A stretch of 64,000 nt of DNA. It comes from an uncultured Nitrososphaeraceae archaeon. Lineage in GTDB: Archaea > Thermoproteota > Nitrososphaeria > Nitrososphaerales > Nitrososphaeraceae. Location: the NCBI GenBank assembly GCA_963837175.1, contig CAWIMJ010000008.1:58946-122945 (forward strand). The letters are read 5' to 3'. Positions 11,871-23,530 of the stretch are shown in pieces (the first letter of the stretch is position 1; each line of letters begins with the position of its first letter). The translations under genes were made by a program, and so were the position numbers. The notes under the pieces were generated by a model that saw nothing but the letters and a program-made list of their open reading frames with translations, made no database searches and had not been told where the DNA came from.

Positions 11871-12197
11871 CTAAGTCCTCCCAAGATAGTAAATATTGAT
11901 TGCTTGTTCTATTGTAGAAATAAAAATAATACCATCTCCAGGTTGACCAGTTCTAGCAGTTTCTATAATGGCGTGAATGATGTCATCTAATTGTGAATCT
12001 GGTGCAACAATTTCAAATTTTGCCCGTGGGATAAGATCATATGATACTGGCATACCTCTCCATTGCAAATGCAGTTCTCTTTGCTTACTCCAACCTGATA
12101 CTGTAGTAATTGTCATACCACCAACTCCCATATTCCTAAGACGTTCTTTCAACTTGCTCATTACTTCTGCCCTGACGATTGCCTCTATCTTCTTCAA
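11871..12197 (-). CDS. Nitrogen regulatory protein P-II family (GlnB/GlnK-like)
   Basis: MKKIEAIVR...GGMTITTVSG...ARTGQPGDGIIFIS; C-terminal residues atypical. Confidence 0.9.
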   Translation of the reverse strand: MKKIEAIVRAEVMSKLKERLRNMGVGGMTITTVSGWSKQRELHLQWRGMPVSYDLIPRAKFEIVAPDSQLDDIIHAIIETARTGQPGDGIIFISTIEQAINIYYLGRT

Positions 12198-12498
12198 TAT
12201 ACAGCATCAAAGATTATATTATATTTCTTAAAATAGTTTTAATTAATCTAGCGTGTATATGCCTTAAATATAACATGCTTTTACCTGTCTTGCTCTAAAT
12301 TCTCTAATAGCTTAGTAGATCAATCGAGCCAAAATATTGTTGAAAATTAGTATATATATTCATCTCTACTCTTATAAGAAGACAACATTATTTCAAAGCT
12401 ATGTGGTAATAGTAGTGTATAACACTATTTTTACTAAGTGGATATTATATTATATTCATTTATTAATCCATTTGAGAAATACAAGACAGAATCTTAAG

Positions 12499-12879
12499 AT
12501 GACAATCGATGTTCATAATCTGTGCAAACAAATAATAGAGTTAGATACGACTATTAGATTTGTAGGTATTCCTAATAAATTTGGCAAACAAATTGTAGTT
12601 GAGTATAGAAAAGGTTTAGTTCCGCTGCTGACAGATAGTGAATCAGAACTATATGCAATAGAATCGGTTATGAGGATGAATATTAGAAAAGATTTTGAAT
12701 CAAAACTTGGCAAACCAATATACTCCTTTACATTGTATGAGAAAATAAAACGAACAACAATATCATTAGATAATAAAGACTATCCTATTCTAATGATATC
12801 ATTTGATACAGATGCAGAACATGAGTCCATAATTTTGAATAAAATAATACCTTTTATAAAAAAAGAATTAGCTCAATAA
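12499..12879 (+). CDS. Roadblock/profilin-like thaumarchaeal protein (DUF6659-like)
   Basis: IRFVGIPNKFGKQIVVEYRKGLVPLL...FESKLGKPIYSFTLYEKIKR; likely start is ATG 12499 rather than 12337. Confidence 0.75.
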   Translation: MTIDVHNLCKQIIELDTTIRFVGIPNKFGKQIVVEYRKGLVPLLTDSESELYAIESVMRMNIRKDFESKLGKPIYSFTLYEKIKRTTISLDNKDYPILMISFDTDAEHESIILNKIIPFIKKELAQ

Positions 12880-13286
12880 TGAATATTGATTCCCTATTAA
12901 GGACATCAGCAACATAACCATCTGCTATGATACCCTTGAAGAATTCAGAACAGAATTGACACTTAAATTGCGCCTGGGAATGATGTGGATAGTAAAAACT
13001 TGGTTTTCTTCTATTGTACATCATATTATAATCGATATTATTTACTTCATATATTGGATAGAAAAGTCTATTACAAAAGCATAGCTTTTCTAGATAAATT
13101 AGATTATTACACGATACAAGGATAAATTCTCAAACCTACGTAAGCAGATAGATATAGACACATGTCCTCGATTTGCTATTACTATCGCTACTACATTTTA
13201 TTTCAAAGACTGCTGACATGGAGCAAGCAAAGCCTATTAATAATAATAATAATTAATTGGCTTCTTTTATTCTTCGTCTTTTATTA

Positions 13287-14612
13287 TTATTGTCCTGCAA
13301 CTTTAGCATTAATTAGCTTGTTGTTTTCAAATGTATTATTATTATTATTTGAATCTGGAGCAACATTTATGCCAAATTTTGTAGCATTGATTATTGTATT
13401 AGAGCTAAATGTATTATCATGTGCACCTGTATTGATAAGTATGCCATTTGATTTAGCATTTGTGATGGTATTATCATGAATTTTATTATTATGAGCTAGT
13501 GCCTTTAGATAAATTCCTTCTTCACTGTCTGAAACTGTGTTATTATATACTTGATTGTTATTTGATGCTGATACAAATATGCCGTTGACTTCGTTATGTA
13601 TATAGTTGTTTCTTGCTACTGAATTGTACATATTTCTACTAAACATTATACCTGATTTTGCGTTATTGTATGCTTCATTACCTTCAAATGTAATGTTATA
13701 ACAATCTAGCGAACAGATTATTCCCTCCTCTCCATTGTTATGAACCACATTATTGCGAATTATCATATCATGTGTCCCAGTATGAGGATCTAGTCCATAA
13801 GCAGTATTGTCATGAATGAGATTACCTTCAATAATCATTCCACCTACTCCATCTGAATAGAAACCAGTATAAAGATTGTGTATATGATTACCTTTCACCA
13901 GACTTCCAGGACCTCCATTATATCTAAGACCAGTACCGCCTTGACTATCAAAATATCCAAGATATGCCAGTTCCGAATTGATGATATCTGTAGTGCCTGT
14001 TGCATCTTTTTCAACTAAAATATATGGTCTAGGTATCTTTCCCTTTGCATCAGTTTTGGCATAATCATTTGTTTGCATATTCCAGGAAGTTATCTTTACT
14101 GAATCAATCTTTAATCTACCATGGACATCTATTCCATTAGCAGTATCTCCATCGGCATTAATCTTAAGCCAGGTAGTATCTGTAGAATTGATATATAAAG
14201 TACCTGTATCCGTAACTACAATACCTGCATTTAATAACCATATTCCTCCATGATGATCACCACTACCAGTAGGATTAGTTTCTTCTTTATGGATTACATT
14301 TGCATCTTTGATCTGATTATCAATATCAGTCAGACTTGTAGAATCACAAGTTATAGTTATTATCTTAGCATCTGAGTCATAGATAATACAAGCAGCCGAG
14401 TTTGTAGCAGCATTTTGCGGCGGTTGCTGTTGAGCATAAGAGAATGGCAATATTAATGCTGATATTGACGGTACTATTACTATTATCGCTACAGCTATAA
14501 TAACAAGCATAATAACAGATAATGATGACAATCCACCTGTCGATAATACTGTTAATAGTCTTTTCTTAGACTTTCTATCATTTATCAATTTTAATACAGC
14601 TGTATAAGACAC
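13287..14612 (-). CDS. Membrane-anchored right-handed parallel beta-helix protein, AlgG/NosD-like
   Basis: TM/signal segment, many Asn-rich PbH1 repeats, NSELAYLGY and YGLDPHTG motifs. Confidence 0.85.
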   Translation of the reverse strand: MSYTAVLKLINDRKSKKRLLTVLSTGGLSSLSVIMLVIIAVAIIVIVPSISALILPFSYAQQQPPQNAATNSAACIIYDSDAKIITITCDSTSLTDIDNQIKDANVIHKEETNPTGSGDHHGGIWLLNAGIVVTDTGTLYINSTDTTWLKINADGDTANGIDVHGRLKIDSVKITSWNMQTNDYAKTDAKGKIPRPYILVEKDATGTTDIINSELAYLGYFDSQGGTGLRYNGGPGSLVKGNHIHNLYTGFYSDGVGGMIIEGNLIHDNTAYGLDPHTGTHDMIIRNNVVHNNGEEGIICSLDCYNITFEGNEAYNNAKSGIMFSRNMYNSVARNNYIHNEVNGIFVSASNNNQVYNNTVSDSEEGIYLKALAHNNKIHDNTITNAKSNGILINTGAHDNTFSSNTIINATKFGINVAPDSNNNNNTFENNKLINAKVAGQ

Positions 14613-14841
14613 ATTTTAATTAATGTTATCAGCAGCAGAGCAATTTATTTGAAGTTATATCAGTGACTAAATGTATTTGATTTAAATAAAGGAATTTCGA
14701 ATAAATATGGTGTAGATAATATAATTACATGCATTTCAAAAGTGCTACATTTAGATCACAACAAATTACTATATCCTCACACCAATACTTTATGAGTTAT
14801 GTCCTAACACTAGCATCATTACATTGGAATCGCATTGTTAA

Positions 14842-17103
14842 TTAACTTTTTCTAATTTGTTTTTTACTTACTGGAAGATTAAAACTAACAATAGCTCCTT
14901 TTCCATCTGAGTTATTTGTAGCCCATATCTTGCCACCATGCGCTTCAATTATGCTTTTAGATATATACAAACCTAAACCTGTTCCTCCTCTTTCCGAATT
15001 TGAAACAAACTTGCTAAATAGTCTAGGTAGCATTTTGACATCTATTCCTCTACCTGTATCTTTTACAGAGACAATGACAATCTTTTTGTCACGTTCTTCT
15101 TTTTCCTCAGCTGAAATAGTTATGCTACCTTCTTGGGTAAATTTTATCGCATTATTTAAAATGTTGAATATGACCTGTGCTAGTCTTTCTTTGTCGGCAT
15201 CTACAAAGACATCCTGATTATTATTACCTTCATATTCATTTACTTCTTCTTTTTTGTTAAATGAGATTGTTTCTGTTGATAACACTGCTGATAATTTTAT
15301 TTTAGCATTCTTATTTTGGTCCTTTCTGATCTGATCTTCAAATTCTGTCATAGCATTCAATATCATATGACTTAGATTGACTCTATTTTTCTTCAGAGTC
15401 AGAGTATGACTTTCGATTCTAGTTACATCCAATATATTTTCTACAAGGATCCGTAGTCTCTTTGCATTTCTATTGATAACATGCAGTTGCTCATCATATT
15501 GTTCTATATTTCCTTTCTGTGAGATAAGGACTTGAGATAAACTAAGTATTGGTTGTATTGGAGTTCTCAGTTCATGAGCCGCTATATTGATAAAGTCTTT
15601 CTGAGCAGTACTATAAGCTTGTAACTGTTCGTACAATTCCCCTTGCTTCCAAAGACTATCAAATATGGATGCATAAGATAGAGCGATAGGTTTGCTATTG
15701 GAATATGCCGCTAATCCTGCTGCTTCATAATAATTCTCTTTTGTATCATCCCTTAGTTCTATGATCAGAGAATCTTTTCTGTCAGTCACTATGATGCCTA
15801 TATGGGTCTCTAAACTTTTATCTATACTTCTAATATCAATCTGTGGTAATGATAATTCTACTTCGCTTACTACCTGTATAATTTGTTGTCTGTCAGCGGG
15901 AATAAGTATCCTGACTTTTACGCCATTTTGAACTGCTTCTCTGAACAATTGCATAGCACCTATATGGACCTGGCGGCGAAATGCGTTAAGCGATGGGTAT
16001 ATTCTTAAAACTTCATATTTTGCTGCTTTTACTAAATTGTGTGCCAGTTCTACTGCTTTTCTTGGGCTTTCAATAATCTCTATTCTGGCAGGTTCGGTCC
16101 CTTGCTCAAGCTCACTTATTCTATCTGCAGCGTCAGTACCATTTCTCCATAATTCTTCAAAAATAGAAGAAAAATGCTTTAGGTATAGAGGCTCATTACT
16201 AATTAGAAGACTTTGGACTACTCTACCACCTTCCATCTTTTCTATTGTTACTGCAATTTCTTTATCTGAAACACCAAAACTCATTGGTGGTAGATTTTTG
16301 ACATGTTTGACTTCAATGTCATAATCTAAGTATATCTTGACTATATCTATAACTTTCTCATTGTCTATATTAGTAACACATCTTAGACCCTTATGCCCTC
16401 CTTTCTTTTGTTTATCTAATAGTTTTTTCTTTATGTCAAAGAAATACTTATGACTATATTGCATTCCACCGGAAGTCAAGCAAGTAGCTAGTTCATTTGA
16501 GTTAGCAATAAGACGAGAAATTTCCTTTACAATTTCCTCTGAGTTATCCATTAGCCTAGTTTCATAATGTAATGTTGCTGCTGATGACGATGTTCCTTCT
16601 TCTATTTCTTTAATTCTTTGTTTTGCAGGTACTGCTCTATACCAGAAGCTATCAAATACATATCTTTGGTGTTCCACTATTTCTTTGACATTGCTATAGA
16701 TAATCTGCGATGCTGGTTTACCTTTCTCATGAAAAGTAGCAGGAGCAAGATAGGCTGATTCGCTTATGTAGAAGTTTCCTTTCATTCCCTCCAGATGACG
16801 AAGCTCATATACCATTGTTGTTAGCAGCTGTTTGCAATAAGAAATGTTATCTTTTGTAATTTCAGTAACATACCTGAGCTTCACACCTCTTTTTTTTGCA
16901 TCAAGAAAGGCATTCTTCAGAGCTAAATAATCAATAGCTAACGATGGTCTTGTATAGTCTACACAAGCATCAATTTTATTATTTGTCTGGGATAAAAATT
17001 GCAATACTATATTTATTACATTATCGATACCATAGACCACTACAGTTCTTTCCTTAGCGTTATTGATAGGAGAAAACGATGAGGGGGAGGAGGAAGTTAC
17101 CAA
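14842..17103 (-). CDS. Cytoplasmic sensor histidine kinase with repeated N-terminal sensor domains
   Basis: H-box AAHELRTPIQPI, N-box NILNNAIKF, G1 DTGRGI, G2 GGTGLGLYI. Confidence 0.95.
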   Translation of the reverse strand: MVTSSSPSSFSPINNAKERTVVVYGIDNVINIVLQFLSQTNNKIDACVDYTRPSLAIDYLALKNAFLDAKKRGVKLRYVTEITKDNISYCKQLLTTMVYELRHLEGMKGNFYISESAYLAPATFHEKGKPASQIIYSNVKEIVEHQRYVFDSFWYRAVPAKQRIKEIEEGTSSSAATLHYETRLMDNSEEIVKEISRLIANSNELATCLTSGGMQYSHKYFFDIKKKLLDKQKKGGHKGLRCVTNIDNEKVIDIVKIYLDYDIEVKHVKNLPPMSFGVSDKEIAVTIEKMEGGRVVQSLLISNEPLYLKHFSSIFEELWRNGTDAADRISELEQGTEPARIEIIESPRKAVELAHNLVKAAKYEVLRIYPSLNAFRRQVHIGAMQLFREAVQNGVKVRILIPADRQQIIQVVSEVELSLPQIDIRSIDKSLETHIGIIVTDRKDSLIIELRDDTKENYYEAAGLAAYSNSKPIALSYASIFDSLWKQGELYEQLQAYSTAQKDFINIAAHELRTPIQPILSLSQVLISQKGNIEQYDEQLHVINRNAKRLRILVENILDVTRIESHTLTLKKNRVNLSHMILNAMTEFEDQIRKDQNKNAKIKLSAVLSTETISFNKKEEVNEYEGNNNQDVFVDADKERLAQVIFNILNNAIKFTQEGSITISAEEKEERDKKIVIVSVKDTGRGIDVKMLPRLFSKFVSNSERGGTGLGLYISKSIIEAHGGKIWATNNSDGKGAIVSFNLPVSKKQIRKS

Positions 17104-17577
17104 GGGGCCTGTTCAACAATATTTATAATAGATTAGCTATATAAACAAAATAGTAAGTGATAGACAGCTTCTTTAGCTCTTTCCAATCAAATTTTTCAGA
17201 ATACAAGTATGGATTTAATTGCCTGTTTTTGTCTTCCTATATCAATGAAAACTTGAAAAGAAATCTCTGCAATAATAGCAGAAACCACATTCTTGACATA
17301 AGGGTTTTAACAGCTAGGTAGAAATTCAGGATAGTATTTAAAACACCATATCCTCTTACATTTATTTTAAGAAATATTATAACTCCAATTTATTGTTAAT
17401 CTAGTATAGAAAGCATAGGATAAGTCAATGTCAATGTAACATGATTTTTAGTTGACTGTTGCTCTTGCATTTCTTAGGACTAATCATGTTTTGGAGAAGC
17501 ATATGTATTCATTGAACAAGCTAACTCTGACCTATAGGCACTATAATCAAATTAAAGTATAATTACATCATATAATA

Positions 17578-18788
17578 CTCATTAACATAAGTTCGTTATG
17601 CTATCTATCTAAACAAATATTTGATTATATCTAAATTGAATCTTTAGTTCTGTAATAACTACAAATAGTATCTTTCAAATTAGCAAATATTGGATAATAA
17701 TAATAATAACTAGAAAGTAAATGATACTTATTACCTTGTCTTGTCTCCAACATTCTTCTTATGCATTAAATTCTGGAGATCCAATAGGAAAATATTCTAG
17801 TCTAATAGTATCCTTATTTGCATCAAGATATGCTTTTGTAACTTTGGAACAATGTGGTGTTTGCCCTATCATCAACAAACATTACAAATTTACCTAATCT
17901 ATTCTTTACATGTTTTAGATAATCCACAAATATGCTACTGTCAAACTTTTTGTACTGTCTAAATAGTTGTTTTTGCCTTCTATTGATAGACAACCAAAAA
18001 AAAGATAACTGTCTTGTTGCGTGAACCTGTAACTAACTACTGGTCTTTTGTCTTTAGAAATCCATTTCTTTCTTTTTCCTTATCAGATAATCATATATAC
18101 GAATATGGATTCATTTTGTACAAGAACAGTACAATCATCATAATCCAGATTCTTTAGGATAGGTTTTACTCTTTTTTAAATTTCGTTTCGTTTTATCCTT
18201 TGTTGATGCTGTATTTACAAACCTTTTTTGTGGTACTTTTGGTTTGGTTTGGTTTGGTTTGAAACCCCACTTGTGTAATAAACGGTATATGTGTATTTAT
18301 GATATCTTTCTTACTCTTGCTCCTCTTTTTTGTATATCAGATCCATTACCTGCCTGAAATCCCAACCAGTGTTACTATCTTCTAATTCTTTTCTTATTTT
18401 TTACCATTATTTCTTTTGATACTGATGGAGCTCTGGTGCTGCCACTTCTTTCCTTGTCTTTCAATCCTTCTTCTAGTCCATCTCTATCTATCAAATCTAT
18501 GCAACCATTTGTAAGCCCATGTCCTAGTTTTATTTAGTTCAATTTCTGCTACACTTGATGCTTCCTTCTTATCATATCTAACATATTTTACAAGTAATAT
18601 TCTTTCTTTTACAACAGCATCTGTTTCTTTTATGTAAGCAGAATTTAGTTGTTTACGTGAAATCAATTACTACTACTATACTAACTAACAAAAGTTCGTT
18701 TACAGATTTTTCTTAATATGTAAGATTTACTATGTTTAAAAAATCCTTTAACTTAGTTTTAAAAGATATACGAAATTATGTTAGGCAG
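17578..18788 (-). mobile_element. IS630-family element, transposase degraded
   Basis: HTH (RTWAYKWLHRF) and DDE C-terminal IRLEYFPIGSPEFNA remnants with frameshifts; imperfect TIRs CTCATTAACATAAGTTCGT / CTGCCTAACATAATTTCGT each flanked by TA. Confidence 0.85.
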
Positions 18789-18801
18789 TATACTAGTGTT
18801 C

Positions 18802-18897
18802 TGAATTCTAATACTTTGCAGTAGAACAGTTGGAAACAGAACACAACATAGGTAACAAGGTAATCAATGGCAACAGAATTGCTCAGAAGCGATAGTA
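18802..18897 (+). repeat. Non-coding leader homologous to 30029-30127
   Basis: TGAATTC-AATAC--TGCAGTAG(T)AACAGTTG-AAACAGA...AGGTAACAA-GT...ATCAATG--AACA-AATTG shared by both copies. Confidence 0.75.
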
Positions 18898-19280
18898 GAT
18901 TATTCTCCTGTAAATATATTGGGTAAAATAGTATAATAAGATATATCTAATTATCACCATCAAAAGAATAACAAGGAACAAGTCTATTTGTTACTTTATA
19001 TAATCTAGAATGTCAACAAAGTGACTCATCATTAGTTATTAGCATTATTGATTATTGTATTTCTTTCTCTTACAAGCTCTTCATTTTCAATTGGCTTGGT
19101 TATAAACAAAGTTTATCAAATGGACAACATTCCTGTTTTCTAAAATTGTTATAATACATTTCGCTAGCAGTTATAAAAGAAAGCTTTTAGATATCTGTCT
19201 TTCTTTTTCAGGCTTTTGATATATTGCCACCTGATATATTTTATGATGAATGCAGATTTATAGATTTTTTCTATATATTT

Positions 19281-20194
19281 AGAGCCTATTCCAAAATTAT
19301 CCTCCTATAGACAATAATACAGCAGGCTAAACAAACCAGTGCAAGATAGTTATCTCATTTCTTTTCGTATCTTACTAATAACTTTCTGAACCTGTTATTA
19401 TGCCATGAATTGATTCTTTCTACAACCCACCTCCTTGTTGGATATCTATCTTTATCAATTCTTTTTCTTCACCTCTGTAAAGAATATGTGGGATGTATCT
19501 TCTTTTGCTAGATTCTCTTTCTATTTCTGGAAAGTCGCATCCTTTGTCACAACACAGATTCTGTTTCTTTAACGGTCTATCAACTATCACATTATCCAGC
19601 GTATCTGTTACAGCAGCCTTCATTTCATGTGTATTTGCAGCAGTGATAACAACAGAGATAATGGAATAATACCTTTCTTGTCTGTCAACACATGACGCTT
19701 TGTTCCTCTTTTTCCTCTATCTATCAGTTGGATTTGGACCAGTCATATCCCCCTAAAGGTGCCTTTATAGACACACTGTCAAGTGACTGCCAAATCCAGC
19801 TAATACCTCTAAGATCATCATATACTTCCAACAGCATAACCCACAATTTCTGAAATACTTTAGACACTCTCCATTCCTTAAGAAATCGTCTATGATGATA
19901 CGTAGTAGAGCCAGAACCATACTCCTTCTTAGGAAGCATTTTCCACTGACATCCCGTTCTTAAAACTTAGAGAATATACCATCATCTAGTGACTTTTCTA
20001 AAAGAAAAGGAACAACTGGACGTCCTACAGTTTTATCTAGTTTTTCTGATGGAAGTATTATGTCTTGATCTCATCCCATAAATCATCTGGAATCTTTCTA
20101 ATGGTGGGAAGATGTTTCTTTTTCCTATATGTCACATGTATAAGCAGATTATTATCTTCAAGCTATATCTCTATCTATTTTTGGGATAGGCTCT
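19281..20194 (-). mobile_element. IS5-family element, frameshifted transposase (copy 1)
   Basis: RTGCQWKMLPK-EYGSGST, LDSVSIKAPLGG, GPNPTDR, GTKRHVLTD, DKG motifs; TIRs AGAGCCTATTCCAAAA / TTTTGGGATAGGCTCT. Confidence 0.9.
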
Positions 20195-20401
20195 CAGTTA
20201 GCTTACATGAATTTAGACATTTGTGATTGTATTAACAGATGATATGTTGGGTATCTGAGGAACTTGGTTTATCAGTATATGACGAGTTGTTTGTAAATCA
20301 GTAAAAGATATTAAAAGTTTAAACTCAGATAAATTAGGTATAAGATAGGTAATACCAGACTTTCCATATCTCGCTATATGTGTGGAAAATTGCATGGAGA
20401 G

Positions 20402-20493
20402 TGGGGTCAAACTCTACCCCATGAAAGCATGGGTGAAACTCATACCCACATTGGGATTCAAACTTTTACCCCGAGCGGGGTAAAAGTGTTGAA
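20402..20493. repeat. Cluster of GGG-N-AAACT-N-ACCC hairpin units
   Basis: ggggtcaaactctacccc, gggtgaaactcataccc, gggattcaaacttttacccc, then inverted ggggtaaaagtgttgaa. Confidence 0.7.
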
Positions 20494-20768
20494 ATGACTA
20501 ATTGTTATGATTTAATATGTTTTCATGGAATAAAGTTGGATATCTATGTCTTGATGCAATTTATCAGATTTATACGAGATATCTAAAAGTCCTCGACTGT
20601 ATAACAGTATGGTTTACCTTGTTGCTATATAGTTTATATGTTTAATGCCTTCTTTATTGCTCTAATCAGCTTGACAATGGTAAGCAATATCAATATCTGT
20701 GTCCTCAGTATTCTAATTTTTGCATTGTGGTTCAGGCGTTAGCGATATCCTTTAATCAAAGCTAACTA

Positions 20769-21728
20769 AGAACCTATCTCAAAAATAAATGCACCAATAA
20801 AAGTAATTGCAGATAAGAATAAGCTTGATGCTTAGTACATGTGATTTGTGATTACTACAGGAAGAAAGAAAATCTTAGAACAATAAGACATATTTCAGAT
20901 GAACTATGGAATGAGATAAAGAACATACATATACTCCCTTCTGAAAAACTACCTAAAACCAAAGGACGTCCAATTGTTCCTTTTCTTTTAGAAAAGTACT
21001 AGATGATGGTATATTCTCTAAGTTTTAAGAACGGGATGTCAGTGGAAAATGCTTCCTAAGAAGGAGTATGGTTCTGGCTCTACTACGTATCATCATAGAC
21101 GATTTCTTAAGGAATGGAGAGTGTCTAAAGTATTTCAGAAATTGTGGGTTATGCTGTTGGAAGTATATGATGATCTTAGAGGTATTAGCTGGATTTGGCA
21201 GTCACTTGACAGTGTGTCTATAAAGGCACCTTTAGGGGGATATGACTGGTCCAAATCCAACTGATAGATAGAGGAAAAAGAGGAACAAAGCGTCATGTGT
21301 TGACAGACAAGAAAGGTATTATTCCATTATCTCTGTTGTTATCACTGCTGCAAATACACATGAAATGAAGGCTGCAATAAAGACAATAGATGGTATTTTG
21401 GCAAAAAGAAAAAGAAGGATTATCTTCTTCACAGAAACAGAATCTGTGCCTTGACAAAGGATATGATTTTCAGGGGGATAGAACATGAGTCTATCAAAAG
21501 ATACTATATATCACACATACGTCAGAGAGGAGAAGATAATAGCTTGATTATGAATAATGATGGATTTCATGTGTGTAGAAGATGGGTTGTTGAAAGAACA
21601 AACTCATGGCATAACAGATTCAGGAAACTACTTGTAAGATATGAAAAGATAGCAGAGAATTACCTTGGATTGGTACAATTAGCTTGTTGCATTATAGTAT
21701 CTAGGAAGATAATTTTGGGATAGGCTCT
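20769..21728 (+). mobile_element. IS5-family element, frameshifted transposase (copy 2, inverted relative to copy 1)
   Basis: Same motifs plus RWVVERTNSWHNRFRKLLVRYEK; TIRs AGAACCTATCTCAAAA / TTTTGGGATAGGCTCT. Confidence 0.92.
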
Positions 21729-21765
21729 TAGTTTAATTTATTTGAATTCTAAGATGTTAGCTGTA

Positions 21766-21981
21766 TTATTCTTCTATTGTTCTCCCTGTTCGCCTTAGTT
21801 CAGACTCATTTAGTAAAAATGCAAATATTTGGCCATTACATTCTGTAATGGACTTTAATGTATAGCCATTTGCTAAAAGTGCCTCAATTTCGTTTAGCAT
21901 TTTCATAAGACTTGCTCCTTCATGTATAGTAGGGTCGGCACTCTTAACAATCATTAACGGGCTCTCATGCCAGTTTGTCAT
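21766..21981 (-). CDS. Small hypothetical protein
   Basis: 71 aa ORF with ATG start and coding-like composition. Confidence 0.5.
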   Translation of the reverse strand: MTNWHESPLMIVKSADPTIHEGASLMKMLNEIEALLANGYTLKSITECNGQIFAFLLNESELRRTGRTIEE

Positions 21982-22176
21982 TTTTTATCTACTCCTTTCT
22001 CCTTTATGTGGAGTTGGATTCTAGATAATATATTTGTCATTTTTTTACAGAATCCATTGCAATTATAAATACTGATGACTATCCAGGTCCTGAATGTCAA
22101 TGACAAATGAAATTAAAGAGGTTAGCTCGATCTTTTAATGTTATACAAAACTTTAAAATAATAACTTGCATACTAA

Positions 22177-22518
22177 TACTTTATCAAATCCAAGAAAAAG
22201 AATAAGTTCACTAAAATAAAGAAACAAAAACCTTCCAATGAGATCACAGAAGACGATATAAATTTTTTCTTAACGACAATAAAGAAAGTACAAAGTGAAT
22301 ATCCAAGGGTTAAAGATCTGCAAAAATTGCTTCGTCCCTCTTTAGATCTTGTTAAGATAAATGCGATACTAAGGTATTTAGAAAGAACAAAAAGCCTAGA
22401 AGTAGATCTTGATGGGAATATCATATGGATTCGTGAAGAAAGCTCCAATCAATCTACTCTTGCCGATGTAGCCAATATTTCTAAAGACTTTCAAAAGTAT
22501 TTTTCTACAAAAGCATAG
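22177..22518 (+). CDS. Hypothetical winged-helix-like protein (start uncertain)
   Basis: Frame is open from 22177; KINAILRYLERTKSLEVDLDGNIIW resembles a wHTH wing. Confidence 0.5.
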   Translation, partial: YFIKSKKKNKFTKIKKQKPSNEITEDDINFFLTTIKKVQSEYPRVKDLQKLLRPSLDLVKINAILRYLERTKSLEVDLDGNIIWIREESSNQSTLADVANISKDFQKYFSTKA

Positions 22519-23272
22519 GAAAATAAGTAGCTAGAATTTCAATGGTTAGATCCAATTAGAGTCAGACTACCGAGAAGCAATAGGTTTTGTTAATATACCA
22601 AAGTCTCGTATTGCCTTCTATAGAAGTAAGAGAAATAGGATAATTGTTGGTTATAGAGATGTGCTCACGAACAAATACGCTTCTACCTGAGTAGATAGAT
22701 ACGATAACAAAAAAAATCGGATTTTTGTTTGGCATGAATCTAATTCCTAAATCTCGGAAAGACTATTCTAATTCGACTCCCGTCCTATAAATTTGTGCTG
22801 AAAACCAACAATACGGTGATTCTTGGAACATTATGCAAACTCTTTTTGCATCAGAATAAAGTTTTGTTGTGGCCGAAATCTGAAATAGTATTATATTATT
22901 TCTATTTACTAGACAAATCTACCTGAACTCGTAATATCTGATATTTTTATGTTCTCTTTATTCGAGTTTTGTAATTTTGTCAATCTTTGTTCTTTATTGA
23001 ACATTGGAATATTGCTTAATATGTTTCAATAATCTTGTTTTTATTGGGTGGAATTTCTCTATATCTTTAATACTTATCCAACATTGCAACCTCTGAATAA
23101 CTTAACATTTACGCTTTTTCTTTGACCCTTGACTCCAGATAACTTCTCATAGTTTGGATGGCTTATTTATTTGGGCTAAATACTACTCGTCATATAACCT
23201 ATACAAACGTGTTTAATAAGTAATCTTTTGTTATTTTTAAAATTTATATATTATAAACGTGATTTTATAGAA

Positions 23273-23530
23273 CTACTTTTCAGCTGATTCCTTATTTTGC
23301 TTTATCCTGTCACGTCTAACCATTTCCTTGTCAATCTCTTCATGCTTTATTTTCTCCCCTCTGCGTCCCGGTGTTTTCATCGCCTGCTGATTTATGTTCC
23401 TTCTTTCATCAGCTAACTCATCATACCCACGATAGCTATTAGTGTTCTGTTGCTTTTTCTTTTCCAACTCTTGTGCGTACCTTTTCCTAAAGTCGCGCTC
23501 TTCCTCGGTGTCCTCAGACATAGTGTTCAC
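23273..23530 (-). CDS. Small highly charged hypothetical protein
   Basis: 85 aa, RRNINQQAMKTPGRRGE. Confidence 0.65.
   Translation of the reverse strand: MNTMSEDTEEERDFRKRYAQELEKKKQQNTNSYRGYDELADERRNINQQAMKTPGRRGEKIKHEEIDKEMVRRDRIKQNKESAEK

Noticed and set aside
18240-18261. (TGGTT)4 tandem
   Set aside because: Slippage expansion inside the dead IS630 transposase; no independent significance.
22520-23190. Possible decayed gene on the minus strand
   Set aside because: Multiple stops and no family recognisable by eye.
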